The position numbers and the translations under genes are program-made. A DNA stretch of 64,000 bases, taken from assembly GCA_046291735.1 (NCBI GenBank), contig JBKBSK010000001.1, positions 321,250 through 385,249 of the forward strand. Reading direction: 5' to 3'. Source of the stretch: Candidatus Thermochlorobacter sp. (GTDB lineage Bacteria; Bacteroidota; Chlorobiia; Chlorobiales; Thermochlorobacteraceae). Below the pieces are notes generated by a model. It made no database searches, was not told the origin of the DNA, and was given only the letters and a program-made list of their open reading frames with translations. Of this stretch, positions 19,801 to 27,960 are shown in pieces; the stretch's first letter is position 1, and each line of letters begins with the position of its first letter.

Positions 19801-20479
19801 ATCCGTGTGGATTGTCGGCGGCGATGGTTGGGCATATGACATCGGCTATGGCGGTTTAGATCACGTGCTGGCAAGTGGTAAGAATGTCAATATCCTTGTC
19901 TTGGACACAGAAGTGTACTCGAACACAGGCGGACAAGCCTCGAAAGCTACACCACGCGGCGCAGTCGCAAAGTTTGCTTCAGGCGGTAAGCCCTCTCGCA
20001 AGAAAGATTTGGGACTGATTGCCATGACTTACGAAAATGCCTATGTCGCCAGCGTCGCCATGGGGGCAAGAGATGAACAAACGCTACGTGCCTTTTTGGA
20101 AGCCGAAGCCTTTGATGGTGTCTCACTCATCATCGCTTATTCGCACTGCATTGCACATGGCATTGAGATGTCAGAGGCACTCACGCATCAACGCGCGATG
20201 GTTGATTCTGGCGAGTGGCTGCTTTATCGCTACAATCCTGAACTTATTGCCAAAGGCGAAAATCCACTCAAACTCGATAGCAAAGCGCCAAAAATTTCAG
20301 TCAAAGAATTTTTGCAGTTGGAAAATCGCTTCAAAGTTCTGGAAAAAACACATCCAGAAGAAGCAGCACGGCTTTTTGCTGAAGCTGAGCACGATGCCAA
20401 AACACGCTATCACTTGTATGAATTCTTGGCATCGCGTAAGTTCAGCGCAAATGGCTCAAATGGCGTGAGCACGCTATAA
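16844..20479 (+). CDS. nifJ: Pyruvate:ferredoxin (flavodoxin) oxidoreductase, single-polypeptide NifJ type
   Basis: 1,211 aa. Blocks include [31 protein letters not shown], two ferredoxin CxxCxxCxxxCP motifs ([24 protein letters not shown]) and the TPP site [17 protein letters not shown]. An RBS aggag lies at 16831-16835. Confidence 0.97.
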   Translation: [1211 protein letters not shown]

Positions 20480-20721
20480 AGCAAATGGAAATTCAGAGTG
20501 TTAGACTGTCCGTACCATCGCGTACAGCATCCCCCACCCTCTGTTTTTCTTATCAAGTCATCTCCCGAATTAGAAAAGCGCCATCCCTCTTATGCTAACT
20601 TTTCATACGCCATGCCTTCTTGTTTGCTTTGATTTGCGCACCAATGGGGTTTGCTTTATTGCCCTAAAACTCTTTTCTTTCTCTACTTGCGTTTTAACCC
20701 AACTCAGAGGAGGCACAAGAT

Positions 20722-22161
20722 ATGTCTATGCAGGTTCTCTCGCGCGTAAGTATTTCGCCTGAAGCCGTGCATCAAACACTAGCGCAAACCATGATTATTG
20801 ATGGTCTCGATATTGTCTTGGACTTAGAACAAAGTAAGGGCTCACGGCTGTACGATGCGCGCAGCAAACGCTATCTGTTGGATTTTTTCACCTTTGTCGC
20901 TTCTGCACCTGTTGGGGCAAATCATCCCAAGATTTGGAACGATAAAGCCTTTTTGAACAAACTTCTTTACGCCGCAATTGTCAATCCTTCTAACTCCGAC
21001 ATTTACTCTGTCGAGATGGCAGAGTTTGTCGAGACCTTCAGACAACTGGCAATGCCTGCTAGCATGAAACATGTGTTCTGGATTGCAGGTGGTGCACTTG
21101 CTGTCGAAAATGCTCTCAAAGCCGCCTTTGATTGGAAAGTCAAAAAAAATTTTCGCAAGGGCTATAAGTCAGAACGCGGTCATCATGTTATTTACTTCAA
21201 AGAGGCATTTCATGGTCGTAGTGGCTATACGCTTTCGCTGACCAATACCGACCCTGTGAAAACCGAGCTCTTCCCAAAATTTGCTTGGACGTGCATTCCG
21301 AACCCGAAAGTAACATTCCCGCTCACTGATGAGCGCCTTGCTGAAATTGAGCGCAAGGAGCGTGATGCCATTGAGCAGATGAAACAAGCCTTCCTTGATC
21401 ACAAAGATGATGTAGCGGCAATCATCATTGAGCCTATTCAAGGCGAAGGTGGCGACAATCACTTCCGGCGCGAGTTTTTCCAAGCACTGCGAGTTCTTTC
21501 GCTTGAAAACGACGCCATGCTCATTTTCGATGAGGTGCAAACAGGTCTTGGTCTTACAGGCACGATGTGGGCTGCCGAGCAAGTGCTTGCAAACCCTGTC
21601 GCCGAGCCATGCAAATTACCTGACAATATCACTTGCAATTTTCGCAACGAAGGTGGGTGCACCGTGCACGAAGATTTATGCTTGCCCGATATGATTGCTT
21701 TCGGCAAGAAAACGCAGGTATGCGGTTTTATGGCAAGCTCTCGCATCGATGATATTGAAGACAATGTCTTTCGTGTGCCAAGCCGTATCAATTCCACATG
21801 GGGCGGCAACTTGGTCGATATGCTCCGATGTAAAAAGTATCTTGAAATCATTGAAGAAGAACGACTGCTTGAGAACGTTCGCTTTGTGGGGACTGCACTC
21901 TTAGGTGAAATTCAATTGCTTGCCGAAGATTTCACTGGCATTGTAACTAACCCGCGCGGTAAAGGTCTGATGTGTGCGTTTGACTTGCGCACCAAATCGG
22001 AGCGAGATACTTTTATCAAGCGTGTGCAGCAAAACGGTCTGCTTATGCTAGGGTGTGGAGAACGCAGCGTACGATTCCGCCCGCCATTGAACCTTTCCAT
22101 GGAAGAGATGAGCGCAGGGATGAGTATCATTCGCCAAACTCTCACAGACATGCTGTTCTAA
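20722..22161 (+). CDS. lat: L-lysine 6-transaminase (lysine epsilon-aminotransferase), class-III PLP enzyme, with a Cys-rich insertion
   Basis: Near-continuous block matches to the actinobacterial LAT as I remember it: DGLDIVLDL..S.GS, FTFVAS, PSNSD.YSV.MA.FVETF, GGALAVENALKAAFDWK, AFHGRSGYTLSLTNT, EPIQGEGGD.HFR, LIFDEVQTG.GLTGT.WA, AFGKKTQVCG, VPSR.NSTWGGNL, RGKGLMCAF, VRFRPPL. An RBS gaggagg lies at 20707-20713. Confidence 0.88.
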   Translation: MSMQVLSRVSISPEAVHQTLAQTMIIDGLDIVLDLEQSKGSRLYDARSKRYLLDFFTFVASAPVGANHPKIWNDKAFLNKLLYAAIVNPSNSDIYSVEMAEFVETFRQLAMPASMKHVFWIAGGALAVENALKAAFDWKVKKNFRKGYKSERGHHVIYFKEAFHGRSGYTLSLTNTDPVKTELFPKFAWTCIPNPKVTFPLTDERLAEIERKERDAIEQMKQAFLDHKDDVAAIIIEPIQGEGGDNHFRREFFQALRVLSLENDAMLIFDEVQTGLGLTGTMWAAEQVLANPVAEPCKLPDNITCNFRNEGGCTVHEDLCLPDMIAFGKKTQVCGFMASSRIDDIEDNVFRVPSRINSTWGGNLVDMLRCKKYLEIIEEERLLENVRFVGTALLGEIQLLAEDFTGIVTNPRGKGLMCAFDLRTKSERDTFIKRVQQNGLLMLGCGERSVRFRPPLNLSMEEMSAGMSIIRQTLTDMLF

Positions 22162-22272
22162 GCCGAACCTGTTAGCGCTGCATCCGGGCTCAAAACATTA
22201 GCGTTTGAGTATGCCTCAGTGCTTTGCCGTGCGCAGGATTAGCTTTTCTTGCACGCTGTTTTCATTTAGATA

Positions 22273-22986
22273 TCATTTAGATAGGGCAAGAAAAATTTTG
22301 ATAAAAAGCGGTGTCAGCAGTGCTGTAAAAATACCACACAGCGAAAGTGCAAGACCGGCGAATGCGCCCTCGATATCGCCCTCTTCCATTGCGCGCGCTG
22401 TACCAATCCCGTGCGCTGCTGCGCCCATGGCTAAGCCAATTGCGCGCCTGCTCTGAATACGCAACAGTTTCAGAAATGGCAAGCCCAAAGCGCCACCCAG
22501 CACACCAGTTGCCACAGAGAACGCTGCCGCTAACGCCGCAAATCCACCCAGTTTTTCTGTAATCGCAAGAGCAATAGGTGCAGTTGCCGATTTTGGGGCA
22601 ATTGTAATCACCAAAGTTTGACTTGCTCCCAGCACAGCTGCAAGCCCTGCTGCCGTCAAGATGCCCACTGCACTACCCGCTAAAATGGCTAACACGATAC
22701 TTTTGCCCTGTGCTTTGATGTCAGAAAGTCGCTCATAGAGTGGTACAGCAAGTGCTACTACTGCAGGTGCTAAGAAAAACGAAATAAATTCTCCACCGCG
22801 CATGTAGGTCTCGTAACTTACCCCCGAGAGGCTTAGCCATGCAATCAGCACTGCAATAGAGATGAGTACCGGGTTGAAGAGCAAAAACTTCGTGCGACCG
22901 TAGAGCCACTGCGCAGCGACAAACACCAACAGTGTTAGCGCAATAAAAAAAATTTTCGATGAAAAAATGGAACTTAGTTCTGGCAT
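22273..22986 (-). CDS. lrgB: LrgB/CidB family membrane protein
   Basis: 237 aa, polytopic. It is paired immediately downstream of an LrgA-like gene, and blocks such as PKSATAPIALAI are family-typical. Confidence 0.85.
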   Translation of the reverse strand: MPELSSIFSSKIFFIALTLLVFVAAQWLYGRTKFLLFNPVLISIAVLIAWLSLSGVSYETYMRGGEFISFFLAPAVVALAVPLYERLSDIKAQGKSIVLAILAGSAVGILTAAGLAAVLGASQTLVITIAPKSATAPIALAITEKLGGFAALAAAFSVATGVLGGALGLPFLKLLRIQSRRAIGLAMGAAAHGIGTARAMEEGDIEGAFAGLALSLCGIFTALLTPLFIKIFLALSK

Positions 22987-23002
22987 GAGGTGCTCCTTGT
23001 GT

Positions 23003-23353
23003 TCATGTCTTGGGAGTCTTTTTCTCGAATCGCTCTTGCACCAGCGCTACTGTTGCCATTACAGCAAATGTGCTGAGTATCCACGCCACCAGCATTGCCA
23101 CAGCATGATATTGAAGCGCATCCACATAGAGCATGAGTCCAACGCCCGGGGGCACAAAAAACAGCGAGAGATTTTTGAGCAAAATATCAGATGCCGATTT
23201 TATCCAATCCAGTTTGATTACGCCAACCTGTAAGCAAAGCAAAAGCAGAAGCAAACCAATTACACTACTGGGCAGCGGCAGCGACAGGACGCGCACCACA
23301 CTCTCACTGAAGAGCAGCAAGAGAAAAATAATTGCAAAGCCTTGTATTAGCAT
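23003..23353 (-). CDS. lrgA: LrgA/CidA holin-like family membrane protein
   Basis: The internal ATG (23353) gives 116 aa with 4 TM helices (MLIQGFAIIFLLLLFSE...LSLPLPSSVIGLLLLLL...FFVPPGVGLM). The upstream 38 aa of the track ORF are non-hydrophobic and unlikely to be translated. Confidence 0.8.
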   Translation of the reverse strand: MLIQGFAIIFLLLLFSESVVRVLSLPLPSSVIGLLLLLLCLQVGVIKLDWIKSASDILLKNLSLFFVPPGVGLMLYVDALQYHAVAMLVAWILSTFAVMATVALVQERFEKKTPKT

Positions 23354-23475
23354 GATTTTTTTGAGGTTTAAAGTTAGTGATTGATGACAATGTTGCGCCG
23401 CGCAATTCAACATGGGTTTTGTAGATTTGTTACTCAGAAGCGCATCAATCAACACTGTTCTTATCACAAAAATTT

Positions 23476-24870
23476 ATGCCTATCAGATTCGGTACTGACG
23501 GCTGGCGCGGCATTATCGCCAAAGATTTTACTTTTGCAAATTTGAAGTTAGCAGCGCTCGCTGCAGCAAGTTACTTCAAAAATCATCCTCACGCATCGAA
23601 TGGAGTATGCGTTGGATACGACACACGATTTTTATCGGAGCAGTTTGCACGGTATGTTGCTGAAATTTTCTCTGCACAGCAGTTAAACGTTTTCCTTGCT
23701 CATTCTTTCACACCAACGCCAGCAGTCTCGCTCTTTGTGCGTGATAAGCACCTTGCAGGGGGCATTGTCATCACAGCCTCGCACAATCCGCCAGCGTACA
23801 ACGGCTTCAAAGTCAAAGCTGAATACGGCGGCTCTGCACACCCTGAAACCATTGCCGTCATTGAAGCACATCTGCAACATGCCACCACCATTCCGTGCGG
23901 GCAGCCGAACAGTACGCTCATTGAACTTGCTGACATTACAGGCTACTACTGCAACTATCTTGCTTCTGAACTCAACCTGCACGCTATTGCGCAGTCAGGG
24001 CTCCGTATTGCACACAATGCGATGTATGGTGCTGGTCAAGGTTTAGTCTCTGCACTCTTGCCGAAGAGCCATATCGCCGAGTATCACTGCACCGTGAACC
24101 CGACTTTCGATGGCATCAATCCTGAGCCAATACCAAACTACCTTCAAGATTTCATTGCGTTCTACAAGCAATCAGGGTGCGATGTCGCCATTATCACCGA
24201 TGGCGATGCTGATAGAATCGGCATGCTCGATGAGCATGGTCGCTATGTGGATTCACACAAAATTTTTTCCATTCTGCTCAAATATCTCGTTGAGCAAAAA
24301 GGCATGCGCGGTGAAGTTGCACGCACCTATGCGCTCACGGAAGTCATCAACAAAATTTGTGCAAAGCATGGACTTTTGGTGCACAACTTGCCTATTGGTT
24401 TCAAGCATGTGGGTAAGCTGATGACCACACGCGATATTCTCATTGGCGGCGAAGAGTCAGGTGGCATTGGGGTAACTGCGCACTTGCCTGAACGCGATGG
24501 CACGTACATTGGCTTGCTTGTTGCAGAAGTCATGGTCTTGCGTCAAAAAACCCTCTCGGCACTTGTCGATGAGCTCTATCAAGAATATGGCTATTTCACG
24601 TATGACCGCATTGATGCAAAGCTTGGCGAGGCTGAAAAAGCCACACTAATGCGCAAGGCATCGGCTGGCACATTTAAACACATTGCAGATATGCCCGTGC
24701 TGAAGTTTGAAAATCTTGATGGATATAAGTATTTCTTTGAAGGTGGCTGGCTACTTATTCGTCCAAGCGGCACAGAGCCTATTGTGCGTCTTTATTGCGA
24801 AGCAGATTCCGAAGAGAAAGTTGAGAAGGCATTAGCGTTTGCACAGTCGCTGGCTCATTCTCAAGACTAA
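23476..24870 (+). CDS. Phosphoglucomutase/phosphomannomutase family (alpha-D-phosphohexomutase)
   Basis: FGTDGWRG start, active-site loop TASHNPPAYNGFK, metal site TDGDADR, sugar loop GGEESGG. Sugar specificity was not resolved. Confidence 0.88.
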   Translation: MPIRFGTDGWRGIIAKDFTFANLKLAALAAASYFKNHPHASNGVCVGYDTRFLSEQFARYVAEIFSAQQLNVFLAHSFTPTPAVSLFVRDKHLAGGIVITASHNPPAYNGFKVKAEYGGSAHPETIAVIEAHLQHATTIPCGQPNSTLIELADITGYYCNYLASELNLHAIAQSGLRIAHNAMYGAGQGLVSALLPKSHIAEYHCTVNPTFDGINPEPIPNYLQDFIAFYKQSGCDVAIITDGDADRIGMLDEHGRYVDSHKIFSILLKYLVEQKGMRGEVARTYALTEVINKICAKHGLLVHNLPIGFKHVGKLMTTRDILIGGEESGGIGVTAHLPERDGTYIGLLVAEVMVLRQKTLSALVDELYQEYGYFTYDRIDAKLGEAEKATLMRKASAGTFKHIADMPVLKFENLDGYKYFFEGGWLLIRPSGTEPIVRLYCEADSEEKVEKALAFAQSLAHSQD

Positions 24871-25029
24871 AGCCGCAGCTCTGAATTTCAGCAGTGGAAC
24901 ACCACGCCATAAGATTCCTGCCCTAGCAAAGCCCATGAAAACCGCTTGCACTTTCAACGCAAATTCAAGTATTTTTACGCTTTTAATCTGTAAAGCCAGA
25001 CTCAACTTTGAACAAAATTCTCAAAAGCG

Positions 25030-25902
25030 ATGTGCAGATTTGCGATTTATCGAGGTAAGCCTATTACGCTGAAAAAACTCATTTTTGAGCCGCCGCACAA
25101 TTTTGTCGAGCAATCGCGTCAACCGCGAGAAATGATTATCACACCTATCAATGTCGATGGCTATGGTTTGGCTTGGTATAACCTTGAAGTGCATCCTGAA
25201 CCTGCGGTGATTACATCAGAAAAGCCATTTTGGCACGACATCAACATTGCACGCATTTCTGACAAGATTATCTCGGATAACATTTTTGTCCATGTGCGTG
25301 CCGCTTCGCCGGGACTGCTCGTGCATCAAGCTAATTCGCATCCTTTTCAGTGGAAAACTCAAATTTTTATGCATAATGGCGTTATTAGCGATTTCAAAAA
25401 AGCCATGATGCGTACGATTCGCCAGCAAATTTCTGACCCTTACTACTCACATCTTTTGGGCACGACCGATTCAGAGCATATTTTTCATCTCTATCTTTCC
25501 ATTCGTGATGAACAGCCTTCTCTCACAATGGCAGAAGCGATGCTCGAGACCATTGCTCGACTTAATGCGCTGGCAGAAAAACATGGCTCCGACCTTATTT
25601 TGAACATGGCACTTACAGATGGCAAGACGACCATTGTTACGCGTTACACTTCGATAGAGAAATCGGCAACGCTTTACTACACGCAAAGTAGCCCAATGTT
25701 TCCCGATGCGATTGTCGTTGCCTCCGAGCCGCTTGATTATCGTGATACATCGTGGCAAATTTTTCCGCTCAATATGATGATGATTATCAATGAGCATCGA
25801 GAGTTCAGTATGGTAGCTATCCCGAATCCCTTCCTCAAAGATGGGCACTTGCCTACAGCGCGCCCTGTTACACTCAAGCTCTCGACGCCAACTGAAAACT
25901 AA
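25030..25902 (+). CDS. Class II (Ntn-type) glutamine amidotransferase domain protein, EgtC-like
   Basis: MCRFAIYRG places the nucleophile Cys at position 2. The pattern ...P.H.FVEQS..PRE......N.DG.G..WY resembles mycobacterial EgtC and YafJ-type amidohydrolases. Confidence 0.65.
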   Translation: MCRFAIYRGKPITLKKLIFEPPHNFVEQSRQPREMIITPINVDGYGLAWYNLEVHPEPAVITSEKPFWHDINIARISDKIISDNIFVHVRAASPGLLVHQANSHPFQWKTQIFMHNGVISDFKKAMMRTIRQQISDPYYSHLLGTTDSEHIFHLYLSIRDEQPSLTMAEAMLETIARLNALAEKHGSDLILNMALTDGKTTIVTRYTSIEKSATLYYTQSSPMFPDAIVVASEPLDYRDTSWQIFPLNMMMIINEHREFSMVAIPNPFLKDGHLPTARPVTLKLSTPTEN

Positions 25903-25917
25903 TCATGACAATTGCCT

Positions 25918-26709
25918 ATGCAAGATGAGCAGGTCTCTCAGGCAGCAGAGCTTTCAGCCGATAAGTCGGGCGTGGTCTACGGTCGCCATGCTGTGGCTGA
26001 ACTTTTAAAATCGCAGCCTGACCGCGTGGCTAAGGTCTATCTTCAAATTAATGCGCGTGATAAAAAGCTGCTCGAGATTTTGCTTACTGCAAAGCGCAAC
26101 CGCATCTCTATCGGCAAAGCCAGCAACCAGAAACTCTCAGACCTTGCGCATACTAATAAGCATCAAGGCGTTGTTGCGATTACAAGCGATATTCAACTCT
26201 TAAATTTAGAAGATGTTCTCAATACACCTCGTGAGACACCTTTTCTCTTTGTCATTTTGGATTCGATTGAAGACCCGCAAAACTTAGGCGCTATTATTCG
26301 AACAGCGGAAGCTGTCGGTGTGGATTTGATTATTTTACCCAAGGATAACACCGCTCCAATCAACTCTACAGTGCATAAAACTTCTGCAGGCGCAGTGTCA
26401 TATGCGCCGATTGCTCGTGTAACCAATCTTGCGCAAACGATTCGCTTGCTTAAAGAACACAATGTGTGGGTTGTTGGTACAGATGTGCGGGCAACCAAAG
26501 ATTACACGGAGTTTGATTACACCATGAATGTGGCTATTGTGATTGGCTCGGAAGGCAAGGGTATGCGCCGCTTGGTAGGCGAAAGTTGTGATGATGTGGT
26601 GCGTCTGCCCATTGTCGGCAAAACTGAATCGCTTAATGCCAGCGTTGCATCTGGTATTATGCTGTATGAGGTTCTGCGACAGCGCCGACTCAAACTTCAA
26701 CAAAAGTAA
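25918..26709 (+). CDS. rlmB: 23S rRNA (guanosine-2'-O)-methyltransferase RlmB (SpoU/TrmH family)
   Basis: An N-terminal substrate-binding domain (YGRHAVAELL) and SPOUT knots (LDSIEDPQNLGAIIRTAEAVG, VIGSEGKGMRRL, IPIVGKTESLNASVASGIMLYE). ATG 25918 is preferred over TTG 25912. Confidence 0.85.
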   Translation: MQDEQVSQAAELSADKSGVVYGRHAVAELLKSQPDRVAKVYLQINARDKKLLEILLTAKRNRISIGKASNQKLSDLAHTNKHQGVVAITSDIQLLNLEDVLNTPRETPFLFVILDSIEDPQNLGAIIRTAEAVGVDLIILPKDNTAPINSTVHKTSAGAVSYAPIARVTNLAQTIRLLKEHNVWVVGTDVRATKDYTEFDYTMNVAIVIGSEGKGMRRLVGESCDDVVRLPIVGKTESLNASVASGIMLYEVLRQRRLKLQQK

Positions 26710-26712
26710 TTC

Positions 26713-27111
26713 ATGCGCACAACGCTTTTTTTGCTCTCTGGTGACGCCAAAACAATTCTCACGGCTCACGCTTTACCAGAAGACACCATTGTGCAGCCCT
26801 TCTCTGAAAGAGAACTCACGCAACCCTTGATGGTACGCAAGCGTTTTCTGGAGACAAAAGGACGGCTTTTCTTTGGCACAAAGGTCTTGCACTTGCAGCG
26901 CTATCGGCTCATACTCAAATTGCTTTTATTTCTTTCTGGCAAGAGCCGAGCGGCAATTCTTGATGAAGCAGGCAAGCGTGAAAATTATTCCCTTTTGCGC
27001 TTTATCTTTGTCGATATTTGGAAACTGTTGGTAGAAATCATTGCCAGCGCATTCATTGTGCTGAAAACGTACTTAGAACTGGAATCGCTGCAACGTGCAA
27101 AAAAAGCGTGA
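26713..27111 (+). CDS. Hypothetical protein (132 aa) at the head of the first glycan block
   Basis: The ATG lies 4 nt after the rlmB stop, in the same orientation as the downstream cluster. No recognisable motif; one hydrophobic helix near the C-terminus. Confidence 0.4.
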   Translation: MRTTLFLLSGDAKTILTAHALPEDTIVQPFSERELTQPLMVRKRFLETKGRLFFGTKVLHLQRYRLILKLLLFLSGKSRAAILDEAGKRENYSLLRFIFVDIWKLLVEIIASAFIVLKTYLELESLQRAKKA

Positions 27112-27123
27112 AACCAATCAGCG

Positions 27124-27945
27124 ATGCAGAAAAACACAATTTTGATGGATAACCTAACAGCAACATCATCCGCAGAAGTTCTGAAATCGGGCGTACACGA
27201 TTACTGGAATGCTCATCCATGCGGCACGAAATTCACCGATGCTGAGCGAGGCAGCAAAGCCTTCTACGATGAAGTTGAGCGATACCGCTATGAAACGCAG
27301 CCATTTATGGAAGCGCTGTGTAAATTCAAGGCATTTAGAGGTAAAACACTCTTAGAAGTTGGCTGCGGACTGGGCACTGATCTCTTGCAATTTGCGCGCT
27401 ATGGTGCACATGTAACTGGCATTGACCTCACTGAAGAGAGCATTGCACTGGCTAAGCAGCGATTTGAACTTTATGGCATCGAAGCAAATTTGCTTGCTGC
27501 CGACGCGGAAAATCTGCCCTTTCCTGACCATTCGTTTGATGTTGTGTATTCTTTTGGGGTGCTGCATCACACACCGAACACGCAAAAAGCCATTGATGAA
27601 GTCTATCGCGTGCTTAAACCCGGCGGCGAGATTATCATCATGCTCTACCATAAACATTCACTTCATGTGTGGCTTGGGGTACCGCTTTATTTTTTATATG
27701 GCTTGACCAAAGGCAAACTTTGGGGCTACGAAGAATGGGTGCGTATTTACGATGGTAAAAACAATCCGCTTGGTAAAGCCTATTCTCGCAAGGAACTGCG
27801 CCAGATGTTTGCGCGCTTCAACAATGTGCATTTCCAAACATGCGACACGATTCGTCGCCGTTTCCCTAAATGGATCAATGCACTCAATCAAGTGCTTTTT
27901 GCCTCATGGGCGGGGTTTTACATTATGATTTATAGGAAAAAGTAA
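27124..27945 (+). CDS. Class I SAM-dependent methyltransferase (Methyltransf_11-like)
   Basis: Motif I LLEVGCGLGTDLLQFAR, an acidic post-I residue GIDL, and FDVVYSFGVLHHTPN...VLKPGG. It is a paralog of 31224-32036. Confidence 0.85.
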   Translation: MQKNTILMDNLTATSSAEVLKSGVHDYWNAHPCGTKFTDAERGSKAFYDEVERYRYETQPFMEALCKFKAFRGKTLLEVGCGLGTDLLQFARYGAHVTGIDLTEESIALAKQRFELYGIEANLLAADAENLPFPDHSFDVVYSFGVLHHTPNTQKAIDEVYRVLKPGGEIIIMLYHKHSLHVWLGVPLYFLYGLTKGKLWGYEEWVRIYDGKNNPLGKAYSRKELRQMFARFNNVHFQTCDTIRRRFPKWINALNQVLFASWAGFYIMIYRKK

Positions 27946-27960
27946 GCACATCGCCAGCAG

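Noticed and set aside
20480-20721. Possible lysine riboswitch in the 242-nt leader of the lysine aminotransferase gene
   Set aside because: I could not find the conserved L-box helices or junction sequences by eye. The region is pyrimidine-rich with no obvious multi-stem structure. A cmscan against the Rfam Lysine model would settle it.
25231-25250. TGGCAC...TTGC resembling a sigma-54 -24/-12 promoter (looked for because an EBP is present)
   Set aside because: The GG-to-GC spacing is 17 nt instead of the canonical 12, and the site lies inside the EgtC-like coding region. No convincing -24/-12 element was seen upstream of 44189, 47062 or 38512 either.
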